IMG/VR virus record: IMGVR_UViG_3300037483_001170
Location: 42,781-106,780 of that record
DNA: 64,000 bases
Strand: one strand, 5' to 3'
From: a virus
The notes beneath the pieces were generated by a model. The model was not told where the DNA came from, did no database searches, and saw only the letters and a program-made list of their open reading frames with translations. Shown here piece by piece: positions 8,668 through 17,703 of this stretch. Every line of letters starts with the position of its first letter. The first letter of the stretch is position 1. The position numbers and the translations under genes were made by a program.

Positions 8668-9016
8668 GCGTCAGACCACAACAGATCGCAGCACAGCCAA
8701 GACAGTATCCATGCCAGCGGCCGTCCACCTCATCGCCAATTTCATTACTAGCGGACGAGGCCGGCGCCTGGAGGGAGATTCCAGTAGTAGCCTGTAGGAC
8801 AACGCGAAACCATTGGTTTTTTCTGCCATCGCCAGTTTCCGTGCCAGCCGGACAGGCCGAGCCCCAGCCCCTTCGGTGCTACCCGTGGTCGTCTGAAAAC
8901 GGCGGGGCGTAGACGGGCGCTGGCGGGCGGCAATCCACGTGGTCACGTATGGTTATTCCAGAAGGCTCGATATACCTCTCTCTATGCACGAAACAGCATC
9001 TTGTTGGACCCCGCGC

Positions 9017-9072
9017 TTGACACCGGTCTAACCATCGCTAGAGTCGTGGGGTGAGCCAGCAAACACGCTGGC
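9017..9072 (+). promoter_or_regulatory. sigma70-type promoter plus leader hairpin (copy 4)
   Basis: TTGACA(9017)-N16-TAGAGT(9039); GCCAGC-AAACAC-GCTGGC. Confidence 0.8.
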
Positions 9073-9089
9073 CGGACGGAAAGAGATAG

Positions 9090-9515
9090 ATGGCACAGTT
9101 CACCACGATCCAGTTCCGCAACCGCTTGGGCGGCATCGAGTATCCGGGCTCGCGCGAGGAAGCGACCTTCCGCGGACCGGACCAGCACCGTGATGCCAGC
9201 GACGTGCTCGACCGGCTCGTTGCGTCTGACCCCGAGACGTGGGCAGATGCTGGTCTGACGCTCGTGACGCACGAGATCGACGATGCGGCGATCGCGACCG
9301 GCGCCGACGCACCGCTGCATCCCGGGCACGCGGTCCTTCGCGTTCTGATCCCCGACACCGCCGCGAGACGCGCCTTCGTACAGAAGGCGTGTTCGGTTGC
9401 CGAGTGGTACCCGCCGCACCTCATCGCTGCCGTGGCCGAAGCGAACGGCCGCAAGCCGGTGAACGTGAGCCCCGAAGACGCGCGATCGGTGCGCGCCTTC
9501 ATCGAAAGCATCTGA
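9090..9515 (+). CDS. hypothetical protein
   Basis: First ORF after promoter copy 4. Confidence 0.65.
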   Translation: MAQFTTIQFRNRLGGIEYPGSREEATFRGPDQHRDASDVLDRLVASDPETWADAGLTLVTHEIDDAAIATGADAPLHPGHAVLRVLIPDTAARRAFVQKACSVAEWYPPHLIAAVAEANGRKPVNVSPEDARSVRAFIESI

Positions 9516-9525
9516 GGAGAGTCTC

Positions 9526-9849
9526 ATGCACAACAACACGGACGAAGACAAGATCGCGTACCTCATCGTGAGCGAACCCGGCGGTGTGGACGGCCGCGAT
9601 TCCGCGGACAAGGGCGGGCACATCCACACGGCGACGTTCGACAAGACCACGGCCGAAGCGCTGCACAAGAAGCTCGGACCGGGCTGGTACCGCATCGACA
9701 CGAAGATCGTCGTCGGCGTGGCCAAGTCGCGCGAGACCGCGATCAAGAAGCTCAGCGCGCTCGACCGGCTGCTCATCCTCGGCGAGAAGATCACCACGAC
9801 CCGTCGCGCGGTTCGGGAGCGGGACCATTCGGAAGGGAACCGCGGCTGA
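9526..9849 (+). CDS. hypothetical protein
   Basis: GAGGAG SD. Confidence 0.65.
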   Translation: MHNNTDEDKIAYLIVSEPGGVDGRDSADKGGHIHTATFDKTTAEALHKKLGPGWYRIDTKIVVGVAKSRETAIKKLSALDRLLILGEKITTTRRAVRERDHSEGNRG

Positions 9850-9854
9850 CGCCC

Positions 9855-10058
9855 ATGGCACACAACGAAGCGGACGACTACCGTCGAGCCGCCGCGCACT
9901 ACCGGGCGTGGACGCGTGTCGACGGTCTGCACAGCGACGAGCACTACAGCCTGGTCATGACCATCGAGGAGATGGTGAAGATGGCCAAGCAGTGCGAGCG
10001 TCGCGATACTGCAACGGAACGGTTTCTTGCCGGCGAAGACGAAAGCGAGGCTCCATGA
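9855..10058 (+). CDS. hypothetical protein
   Basis: Coupled ORF. Confidence 0.55.
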   Translation: MAHNEADDYRRAAAHYRAWTRVDGLHSDEHYSLVMTIEEMVKMAKQCERRDTATERFLAGEDESEAP

Positions 10059-10474
10059 ACAAGACCGCAGAAACGACCGTCCCCGACTCCGACGACCTTG
10101 CGTGCTGGGCACGCCCTGGCGTTGGCGCGTCGCCGTTCATCATGCTCATCAAGCGTCTGCGAGAGACGCGTGGACTCGGACTGCTCGACGCGAAAGTCCT
10201 GGTCGAAGCCTGGCAGCAGTCGGGGGCATTGCCGTTCCGAACGGACGTGCCCGCCGTACCGACGCACGTCCAGCTTCTGACCGGTCACCAAGTGCTCTGC
10301 AAGCTGGTGTCAAACACGGCCAAGCGCCGAGACGTCATCCGCATCGGCTGCGACGACCTGCTCTCCGGCGTGTGGAGCGCTTACCATCTGAAGTGTGCGT
10401 CGAAAGCGTGCATCGGCCGAGAGCCGACCGTCGGTGAGATCGCCGCCGTACGCGCGTTCTTCGAATCGCTCTGA
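10055..10474 (+). CDS. protein with ribosomal L7/L12 C-terminal-like motif
   Basis: IKRLRETRGLGLLDAKVLVE resembles IK.VR..TGLGLKEAK.LVE. Confidence 0.55.
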   Translation: MNKTAETTVPDSDDLACWARPGVGASPFIMLIKRLRETRGLGLLDAKVLVEAWQQSGALPFRTDVPAVPTHVQLLTGHQVLCKLVSNTAKRRDVIRIGCDDLLSGVWSAYHLKCASKACIGREPTVGEIAAVRAFFESL

Positions 10475-10484
10475 CGGGAACCGC

Positions 10485-10541
10485 TTGACAGCGCTTCGGT
10501 CGTAGCTAGAGTGTTCTTCGTGAGTCGCCCAACACGGCGGC
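10485..10541 (+). promoter_or_regulatory. sigma70-type promoter plus leader hairpin (copy 5)
   Basis: TTGACA-N16-TAGAGT; GTCGCC-CAACAC-GGCGGC; GGAGG SD follows. Confidence 0.8.
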
Positions 10542-10555
10542 CGGAGGGTGAGCGG

Positions 10556-10846
10556 ATGGCGAAGACGACGCACGAACAGGACATCGCGTGGCTCTGCGTC
10601 CAGGATGCCATGAAAGTGCTCGGAACGGGCTGGAACCACGTCAGCGACGACGTTCGCTGGGGTCTGGTCGCGTCGGAGATTCTCAGCGTCGTCGTCGGAC
10701 AGTCGGCGCTGACCGACGACGAGTACGCCACTGACAAGCGCCTCGGCGGCGTCGCGCTCTACACGCGAGAGCTGTGGCGCGTCGGCATGGCCATCAAGGA
10801 CAACGGCTGGAAGCGTCCGTGGGCGGTCAAGGCGGTGAAGTCGTGA
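10556..10846 (+). CDS. hypothetical protein
   Basis: GGAGG SD then ATG. Confidence 0.65.
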   Translation: MAKTTHEQDIAWLCVQDAMKVLGTGWNHVSDDVRWGLVASEILSVVVGQSALTDDEYATDKRLGGVALYTRELWRVGMAIKDNGWKRPWAVKAVKS

Positions 10847-11793
10847 CGCTGCGTGGAACGTGCCCGGCGTGCTTCCGGGACATGCCGGTCGGTCAGGTCG
10901 TCGCAGGCCCCGTGATGACGCGCCACGGCTGGCAGGAACAGGGCGGTCGCCAGGTCGGCGTGTACGGCCAGGCGTGGCATGCGGGTCAGTGCTTCGGCGT
11001 CGGCTGGACGCCGTTCGAACTCAGCACAGCGGGCACCGTCGCGTTCATCACGCAGGTTCTCTTCCCGCGTGCTCTCACACAGGAGAACGCACTCGCGCAT
11101 CTCGCGACGCGGCCCCCGCTCATCATCGACTTCGAGAACGAGGGCTATCTCCCGGGCTCGTCGCTGGTCGGAAAGTCGCGGGAGAAGTACAAGGCGCCGT
11201 ACCAGGCCCGACTCGTGGACGGCTTCCCGGGCGCACCGCGCACGACCCTCTACGTCGGCAACGAGAGCATCTACCTCGTCGGCCTTTCGTCGTACCAGGA
11301 TGCGCTTCAGAGCGAGATCGACCAGCATCGGGCTCTGCTCGGCTCGTTACGGCGCGAAGCGCTCGACTGCTTCGCCGCCATCTCCACGTGGAAGCTCGGG
11401 GAGCTTCGCGACGAAGAGCGCGTTCCGACGCGGCACTACAAGAACGAGGGCGCGCGGGTGCCGTTCTGCGGCTCACGGAGCCACGGCATCTTCTCGACCG
11501 ACGACGAGTCCATCGTGACGTGTTCACGGTGCAAGAAGGCGCTCGATGCGGACAAGGCCCTAGCCGCCAAGAACGCGCAGGTGCGAGCGGACAGCGCCGC
11601 GCTCACCGAGTGGCTCACGAAGCTCGGCAAGCACGCCAAGATCGCCGAGATCAAGAAGGGACTCGGATGGGACACCAAGCGCATCAACGCGGCGTTCGAC
11701 GTGGCGCGGCGCGCGAAGAAGGCGGATCACACCTTCTGGCTCGGCAACGCAACGGGGACGTGGTACTTCGCGCCGCCGCTGGTGCGAACGTGA
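10843..11793 (+). CDS. hypothetical protein with Zn-finger motifs
   Basis: GTCPAC..RHG..C and CSRC; GTGA coupling. Confidence 0.65.
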   Translation: MTLRGTCPACFRDMPVGQVVAGPVMTRHGWQEQGGRQVGVYGQAWHAGQCFGVGWTPFELSTAGTVAFITQVLFPRALTQENALAHLATRPPLIIDFENEGYLPGSSLVGKSREKYKAPYQARLVDGFPGAPRTTLYVGNESIYLVGLSSYQDALQSEIDQHRALLGSLRREALDCFAAISTWKLGELRDEERVPTRHYKNEGARVPFCGSRSHGIFSTDDESIVTCSRCKKALDADKALAAKNAQVRADSAALTEWLTKLGKHAKIAEIKKGLGWDTKRINAAFDVARRAKKADHTFWLGNATGTWYFAPPLVRT

Positions 11794-11803
11794 GGAGCGC
11801 GCG

Positions 11804-12016
11804 ATGAAGATCACGTCCGCAGACGAGAAGTACGTGCACATCATGCTCACCCAGTCGCCTGGGAAGCGGCGCGATCGCGCGATCGCAGAGCTGCTACGTC
11901 AGTCGGCCATCGCCATCGGCGAGGCGTGCGAATGCGGCTCGACGGACGTCGAGGAAGGCGCGCCGGGCCAGTACCGGTGCTGCGACTGCGACACGCGATG
12001 GGGACGGCACGAATGA
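11804..12016 (+). CDS. small Zn-ribbon protein
   Basis: CECGS..CCDC; GAGGAG SD. Confidence 0.6.
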   Translation: MKITSADEKYVHIMLTQSPGKRRDRAIAELLRQSAIAIGEACECGSTDVEEGAPGQYRCCDCDTRWGRHE

Positions 12017-12219
12017 CCCAGAGCGCGAACAAGGCGCACCCCAAGCGCGTCGTCCTGACCGCGGCCGCGCTCGGCGCGATGAACTCCGCAGTCTCCGCTG
12101 CGCTTTCCGGCGAAGAGGGCGAAGGCGACTGCGCCGACGTCACGTTTGCCGACCTCGAACGTGCGCAGGACTGGATTCACGCCGAATACGCCAGGCGCGC
12201 GAAGAGGCGGCGCGTCTGA
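12013..12219 (+). CDS. hypothetical protein
   Basis: ATGA coupling. Confidence 0.55.
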   Translation: MTQSANKAHPKRVVLTAAALGAMNSAVSAALSGEEGEGDCADVTFADLERAQDWIHAEYARRAKRRRV

Positions 12220-12222
12220 CAG

Positions 12223-12305
12223 CGCTGCGCTTTGTTGCGTCCGCTGCTTGACAGCGTACTGGCACATCGCTAGGATGGATCGAGTGAGCCGGCAAACACG
12301 CTGGC
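12223..12305 (+). promoter_or_regulatory. sigma70-type promoter plus leader hairpin (copy 6)
   Basis: GCTGCGCTTTGTTGCG; TTGACA(12248)-N17-TAGGAT; GCCGGC-AAACAC-GCTGGC; GAGGAG. Confidence 0.8.
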
Positions 12306-12316
12306 CGAGGAGACGG

Positions 12317-12664
12317 ATGATGAGCAAGAACCGACGCGTGGTGGTCTACGACTTCTCCTGGGACGACCAGGGTGATCTGGGCCTGTGGGTCTTCGACGGG
12401 CGCGAGGAAGTGCTCGTGGAGGCCATGGAGCGCATCTCGACGGAGGTCGAAACGCGCTACAACCGTCTCGGAGAGCCCAGCGGCGAGTACACGCTCGTCT
12501 CGGGCAAGCTACCGGAGGGCGCTGGCGTGCTGCTCCCGGGCGCGGCGAAGCCCGTCTTCGGCGTGGCCGCGGAGAGCGCGTGGGATCGCCTCGTGCGCGC
12601 TTCGCATGAGGGCGCGATGGTCGATAACGGTCGCGGCGTCGGCGGCATCGAGAGGGCGTCGTGA
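12317..12664 (+). CDS. hypothetical protein
   Basis: GAGGAG SD. Confidence 0.65.
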   Translation: MMSKNRRVVVYDFSWDDQGDLGLWVFDGREEVLVEAMERISTEVETRYNRLGEPSGEYTLVSGKLPEGAGVLLPGAAKPVFGVAAESAWDRLVRASHEGAMVDNGRGVGGIERAS

Positions 12665-13008
12665 GCAGCAACCTGGAAGACGTCGCCTGCTTCGTCGCCG
12701 TGCTCGCGCGCTACGCGCCGGCCGCGAAGCCTGCACAACTGATCGCGCGTGAGGCGCTCGCGATTCGCGATGATGCGGCTCGCCTGCACGCGCTCGCGGA
12801 GCACGAGTGCAACCGTGGGCTCACGGCGCAAGAGACCGCGCGCGAGCAGCGCATCCAGCAGCGTGTCGTCGCGGTGCTCGCCGAGTACGGGGTCACGCCC
12901 GACAACATCCGCTTCAACGGCGACCCGCGTGGGGCGGCGCTCAAGATTCGCTTCAAGAACGGCGAGACCCACGGCGACTTCGGCGGCGAAGGGCTCTGGT
13001 GCGTCTGA
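12661..13008 (+). CDS. hypothetical phage protein
   Basis: AEHECN..NGDPRG motif; coupled. Confidence 0.65.
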   Translation: MSSNLEDVACFVAVLARYAPAAKPAQLIAREALAIRDDAARLHALAEHECNRGLTAQETAREQRIQQRVVAVLAEYGVTPDNIRFNGDPRGAALKIRFKNGETHGDFGGEGLWCV

Positions 13009-13265
13009 TGAGCGACACAACCCCCATCGCGCTCATCGAGCGCCTCGCGGCTCGCATGGGCGTCTCCAAGCACCGCATCAACCTGGACTTCCGCATCTAC
13101 TCGGAAGAGGACGGCGGCCCCTCCTGGAGCATCTACGCGTCGATCCCGCAGAAGGACAAGCGCAAGGTCGACAGGACGCTGCACGCGGGCGGGCCGACGC
13201 TCGACGAAGCCGAGATCGAGATGCTGGAGACGTTCAGGCGCATGCAAGAGCGCGGAGAAGCCTGA
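13008..13265 (+). CDS. hypothetical protein
   Basis: TGATG coupling. Confidence 0.55.
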   Translation: MSDTTPIALIERLAARMGVSKHRINLDFRIYSEEDGGPSWSIYASIPQKDKRKVDRTLHAGGPTLDEAEIEMLETFRRMQERGEA

Positions 13266-13630
13266 TGGACAAGACGCCGAAGCCGATCGCGGCCGATCCG
13301 TATCTCAGCACCGATCGGACCGTACGCCGCGCGCTCATCCTCGACCAGGCGCGCGGCACGACGCTGGATCTGATCTCGGGGACCGCGAAGTGGGTCCGCA
13401 GCAGATTTCGAGATCTGGAACAGGATCTCCGCGAGATAGCCACCAGCGGCGCCGTCGATGCGAGCGATCTCATCCGCCAGCTGGCCTGCCTGCAAGGGCT
13501 GACGCATCAGCTCCACGCACAGAACACGGCGATGCTCGTGCTCTACGATCTGGCCACCGAGTGGCCGGCGGACGTCGAAGTCACGGTGCCTGCGTACACG
13601 GACTTCGTCCCCACGGAGAAGTCCACTTGA
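13265..13630 (+). CDS. hypothetical protein
   Basis: TGATG coupling, GGAG SD. Confidence 0.55.
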   Translation: MDKTPKPIAADPYLSTDRTVRRALILDQARGTTLDLISGTAKWVRSRFRDLEQDLREIATSGAVDASDLIRQLACLQGLTHQLHAQNTAMLVLYDLATEWPADVEVTVPAYTDFVPTEKST

Positions 13631-14040
13631 GCGACTTCTACGAGAAGCGGGCCGCCGAGTACGAGAAGCGGTGGCAGGACGAGATCGCCGCCGGCAAGAT
13701 CGTGCGCGCGGAGCGCGACGAGGCTCGACGCCTGCTGCGGCTCGCCGAGGCGACGCGCATGGAGGTCGACCGTGTTCACGCCGAGGCCGGCGCGCCGTAC
13801 GGAACGCCAGCCGACACGCGCGAGCTGGTGAAGCGTGTCATCGCATCGTGCGACGGCGACGGGCACACTTCGGTTCCGCAGACGTTCTGGGTGCTCAAGC
13901 ACCAGAGCGGCCTGTACATGAGGGACGGGCAAGGAGGCCCCGTCAGCAAGCCGCTCGATGCTGCGGCGTTTCACGTCAAGCCCGTCGCTCCCAGCGACTA
14001 CAAGGTCATGCGCGTCTGCGTCTACGAAGAGGAGGACTGA
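13627..14040 (+). CDS. hypothetical protein
   Basis: TTGA coupling, GGAG SD. Confidence 0.55.
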   Translation: MSDFYEKRAAEYEKRWQDEIAAGKIVRAERDEARRLLRLAEATRMEVDRVHAEAGAPYGTPADTRELVKRVIASCDGDGHTSVPQTFWVLKHQSGLYMRDGQGGPVSKPLDAAAFHVKPVAPSDYKVMRVCVYEEED

Positions 14041-14187
14041 CGTGCACTTCTGCACCGACGAAGCGCTCGCGCTCGCTGCGGCCGTGCCGATCATCGGCTT
14101 CGCGCTCCGTATGGGGCTCACGAGCCTGATCGGGCTCTACCGCCAGGCACGCACGCGGGTCACGCAGTTCCTAAACGGGAGAGACTG

Positions 14188-14862
14188 ATGAGCTACACCA
14201 TCAATCACTGGATCCTCATCAACGGCGGCATCGAGGAGGTTGCCTGGGCACACACCCTGGCCACGCAGATCTTCCCGCCCGAGCAGGTCTCGGCCGTCCT
14301 ACGCGCGGCCATCAACTACGGAGGCTACCTCAGCGTCGCACCAGACGGCAGCAAGGAGGGCTGGGACGTCTCGGACGATTTCGATCGGCGCCGAGCCGAG
14401 TTCATGGCCTCACTGCTCGTCGGCCGGCTGCTACATGACCATGTCATGTCGTGGACCGTCTTCGGGCTCGGTGAAGACGGCGAGGGGCCATCGATCATGG
14501 AGTACCACGACCCCCTGTTCTACGCGCTGCTCGAAGGCGAGCCCGTTCACGAGTACCACAACCTGACGCTCGCCCACGCGCTCACGCCTCTCGACATCCT
14601 CGTACCCGGACGGGAAAACGAGCGATGGCGCGGGTGCGTCAAGGCGCGGGTGGCCGCGATGTCAGACGCGGCCACAGGTCTAGTCGAGATCGTCTCGGCC
14701 GAAACAATGGTGCTAGCCAAGCTGCTCGATGCTCCCGACAAGTACGGAGCCATCGGCACGCCCGACAAGCTCAGCACGGGTGCGCGCGCGTTCTACGACG
14801 AACTCCTCGCCGATGCGCATCACGCCTTTCCCGGCGCTCACGCGAGCGTCCGATTCCGATGA
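14188..14862 (+). CDS. hypothetical phage protein
   Basis: APDGSKEGW motif; GGAG SD. Confidence 0.65.
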   Translation: MSYTINHWILINGGIEEVAWAHTLATQIFPPEQVSAVLRAAINYGGYLSVAPDGSKEGWDVSDDFDRRRAEFMASLLVGRLLHDHVMSWTVFGLGEDGEGPSIMEYHDPLFYALLEGEPVHEYHNLTLAHALTPLDILVPGRENERWRGCVKARVAAMSDAATGLVEIVSAETMVLAKLLDAPDKYGAIGTPDKLSTGARAFYDELLADAHHAFPGAHASVRFR

Positions 14863-15092
14863 CCGCACGCTCCACCACCGTCGTCCACGCCGGCCGGACG
14901 TGGCTCGTAGAGCTTCCGCCGGTCACGAGCCGGCACGAGTGCCCCCGCGTCGACGGGACGCCGGCTGACGACCCCGAGGACGTCCGGATGTTCGCGTACA
15001 AGCTCGGCGACCGCTGGCACTCGCCGGGCTACACGCACCCGGGGCTCGCTGCGGCGTTCAACACCGCGATCGGCGCGCTCGAAAGCAGCTGA
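14859..15092 (+). CDS. hypothetical protein
   Basis: ATGA coupling. Confidence 0.5.
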   Translation: MTARSTTVVHAGRTWLVELPPVTSRHECPRVDGTPADDPEDVRMFAYKLGDRWHSPGYTHPGLAAAFNTAIGALESS

Positions 15093-15119
15093 CTGTCAGA
15101 CAATCTTGCGCCCTGCCAC

Positions 15120-15176
15120 TTGCACTCGGTCGGTGGCGTGCTACATTGATTTCCGTTGAGCCCGCCGACAAGCGGG
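15120..15176 (+). promoter_or_regulatory. sigma70-type promoter plus leader hairpin (copy 7)
   Basis: TTGCAC-N16-TACATT; CCCGC-CGACAA-GCGGG; GAGGAG. Confidence 0.7.
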
Positions 15177-15193
15177 ACGAGGAGCGAGAGACC

Positions 15194-15490
15194 ATGGAGC
15201 GGACAAGCGACGACCTGGAGGCGGATGCGATCTTCGAGGAAGAAGATCGCGAAGACGAAGAGCGCCAGATGGAGCGGTACCTGCCGTTCGAGCGGCTCGT
15301 CGAAGAAGAGAAGTCCATGCGGGCGGAGATCATCGCGCTCCGGCGCCATGTGAGGCGGCTGGAGCGCGAGAAGGCCGCGCTCATGGGCAGCTGGCTCGCG
15401 GCTACCGAGCGCGCCAGTAGTAATATGCTGCTGGCAGCGCTCGCCGGTGCCTTCGACCAGAAGCCAGAAGCCGGAAAGGAGGGCGCATGA
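15194..15490 (+). CDS. acidic coiled-coil hypothetical protein
   Basis: ATG after the cassette. Confidence 0.6.
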   Translation: MERTSDDLEADAIFEEEDREDEERQMERYLPFERLVEEEKSMRAEIIALRRHVRRLEREKAALMGSWLAATERASSNMLLAALAGAFDQKPEAGKEGA

Positions 15491-15690
15491 CGACGTACGC
15501 CGCGCGCGACCTGTTCCTCTACGTGAAGGGCAGGCTCATCACCGCCCAGTCGTTCTCGCTCGTCCTCTCAGACAACGGCATCACCATCAAGCTGCCGAGC
15601 GGTACCGAGGTCACCGACTACGACCTGGACACTGCCATCAAGGTGGCCAACCACGTCCTCACGGAAGCCGGAAAGGTGGAAGCGCCATGA
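15487..15690 (+). CDS. hypothetical protein
   Basis: GGAGG SD, ATGA coupling. Confidence 0.6.
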   Translation: MTTYAARDLFLYVKGRLITAQSFSLVLSDNGITIKLPSGTEVTDYDLDTAIKVANHVLTEAGKVEAP

Positions 15691-15989
15691 GCACGTCGAA
15701 GACCCTCGGTAACGCCGAGCCAACCGATGCCGAGCGCCAGCGGATGATCGTCGTTCTCGACGGTCTCCGGGAGCGGTTGTTCAACGCTCGTGGCAGCAGG
15801 TTCCATCCCGCAGCCTTCAACGAGGACGACGGCACGGTCGAGCTTCGCCATGTCGATGGTGGCCGAGCCTTGATCTCGGCCTGGATCCACGGCGAGGGCA
15901 GCAGCCGTGCGCTGCTCGTGTGGCGTCATCCGACGTACCGCTACGAACAGGATGACGCGTACCTGCACGCGGCGAAGGTGACGAAGTGA
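15687..15989 (+). CDS. hypothetical protein
   Basis: ATGA coupling. Confidence 0.55.
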   Translation: MSTSKTLGNAEPTDAERQRMIVVLDGLRERLFNARGSRFHPAAFNEDDGTVELRHVDGGRALISAWIHGEGSSRALLVWRHPTYRYEQDDAYLHAAKVTK

Positions 15990-17446
15990 CCGCCCCGCAC
16001 TTCGAGGTCGACCGCGTCGGCCTCCGCAAGCTGCTCGCCCGGCGCGGCATCGAGTTCGCGGCGCTGGAGCTGCTTCAGAACGCGCTCGACGAGAAGTCGA
16101 CGTGCGTGCACGTGAAGCTCGAACCGCACGCGACGCGCGGCTCGTACGTGCTCACGGTCGCGGACGACAACCCCGATGGCTTCGCCGACCTGCGTCACGC
16201 CTACACGCTCTTCGCGGAGTCGGCCAAGAAGGGCAACCCCGAGCAGCGCGGCCGCTTCAACCTCGGCGAGAAGCTGGTCATCGCGGCGGCCACGCATGCG
16301 GAGATCGTGACCACGACGGGTCACATCGTCTTCGATGAAGACGGCCGTCGCAGCCAGCGCAGTCGCACGGAGTCCGGCAGCGTCGTCACCGCGCGCCTGC
16401 GCATGACGAAGGATGACGTCGAACGCACCGAGCGCGCGCTTCGCACCGTGCTCGTGCCGCCGGATGTCGTCGTGACGCTGAACGGGGGGCGCCTGCCGTC
16501 GCGCATCATGCAGGCCTCGTTCGAAGCGCGACTGGCCACTGAGATCGCCGACGACGATGGCTACCTCAGGCCGACCGAGCGCCTCACGCGCGTGAACCTC
16601 TACCCCGTCGAAGGTGGCGAGACGCCCACGCTCTACGAGATGGGCATCCCGGTCGTCACGCTCGACGGTGCATGGCACGTCGACGTCTGCCAGAAGGTTC
16701 CGCTCAACACCGACCGCGACAACGTCACGCCCGCATACGCGCGGCGCATCCGGGCGCTGGTCGTCAACGAGATGCACGGTCAGCTCGGCGAGCACGCGAA
16801 GGCTGCGTGGGTCGACGACGCCATCGAGAGCAAGCTCGTAAGCGACGAGGCGGTCACGGCCGTGCTCACCGAACGCTACGGCGAGCGGCGCGTCATCCGC
16901 GACCTGAACGACCCCGAGGGCACCAAGCTCGCGATGAGCAAGGGGTACTCGATCATCGAGCCCGGCAGCTTCTCGGGGCCAGCCTGGGAATCCATCCGCC
17001 GAGCAGGAGCTGCGCTACCCGCCGGCAAGGTCACCCCGAGCCCGAAGGTCGTGTTCTCCGCTGGTGGCGAGGACGTCAGCGTGGATCCGAGCACGTGGAG
17101 CGCGGGCATGCGCCGCGTCGTCGACTTCACCGATGCACTCGGCCCGAAGCTGCTCAACGGCGTGCGAATCCGCGTCGACATCGTCAACGACCCGAGGGGC
17201 TACGCCGCGTGCTTCGGTGACGGCACGCTGCTCTTCAACCTGCGCCGTCTCGGTCGCGTGTGGTTCGAGAAGGGGCCCCTCGACGAGGAAGTGCTCCAGC
17301 TCATCATTCATGAGGTCGGACATTTCTACGTTTCAGATCACCTCAGCGAGGGCTACCACGACGCGCTGTGCAAGCTCGGAGCGCGCCTCAGCCGCCTTGC
17401 ACTCGACGAGCCCGCGTTCTTCTCGCGCTGGCGGTGGGCGTCGTGA
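15986..17446 (+). CDS. GHKL (Hsp90/MORC/MutL-like) ATPase with C-terminal HExxH zincin-like motif
   Basis: ELLQNALD (N box), VADDNPDGF (G1), RGRFNLGEK (G2), IIHEVGH..H. Confidence 0.8.
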   Translation: MTAPHFEVDRVGLRKLLARRGIEFAALELLQNALDEKSTCVHVKLEPHATRGSYVLTVADDNPDGFADLRHAYTLFAESAKKGNPEQRGRFNLGEKLVIAAATHAEIVTTTGHIVFDEDGRRSQRSRTESGSVVTARLRMTKDDVERTERALRTVLVPPDVVVTLNGGRLPSRIMQASFEARLATEIADDDGYLRPTERLTRVNLYPVEGGETPTLYEMGIPVVTLDGAWHVDVCQKVPLNTDRDNVTPAYARRIRALVVNEMHGQLGEHAKAAWVDDAIESKLVSDEAVTAVLTERYGERRVIRDLNDPEGTKLAMSKGYSIIEPGSFSGPAWESIRRAGAALPAGKVTPSPKVVFSAGGEDVSVDPSTWSAGMRRVVDFTDALGPKLLNGVRIRVDIVNDPRGYAACFGDGTLLFNLRRLGRVWFEKGPLDEEVLQLIIHEVGHFYVSDHLSEGYHDALCKLGARLSRLALDEPAFFSRWRWAS

Positions 17447-17703
17447 CCCGGGGACGTCTATACGTCGACCGAGTCGATGACCTGCCGGATGATAACGCGC
17501 CGAAGGCCCGCTCGCCGATGAGCGACAAGACCGCCCTCGCGACGGAAGAGCGGATGACCGCGGAGTGCATCGCCCTGAAGAAGCAGATCGAGAAGCTCCA
17601 AAGGAAGTACTCGCTGCTCTCCAGCAAGCGCCTGAAGTTCATCTACAAACACGACATGTTCAACGTCCGTGCACGGGCGCTCGGACTCCCGGAGAAGCCG
17701 TGA
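17443..17703 (+). CDS. hypothetical protein
   Basis: GTGA coupling. Confidence 0.45.
   Translation: MTRGRLYVDRVDDLPDDNAPKARSPMSDKTALATEERMTAECIALKKQIEKLQRKYSLLSSKRLKFIYKHDMFNVRARALGLPEKP

Noticed and set aside
8982-10112. 376-aa minus-strand ORF
   Set aside because: Antisense to four plus-strand genes with SDs and a promoter.
7274-15176. Leader hairpins considered as rho-independent terminators
   Set aside because: No U-tract; they sit between the -10 box and the SD of the downstream gene.
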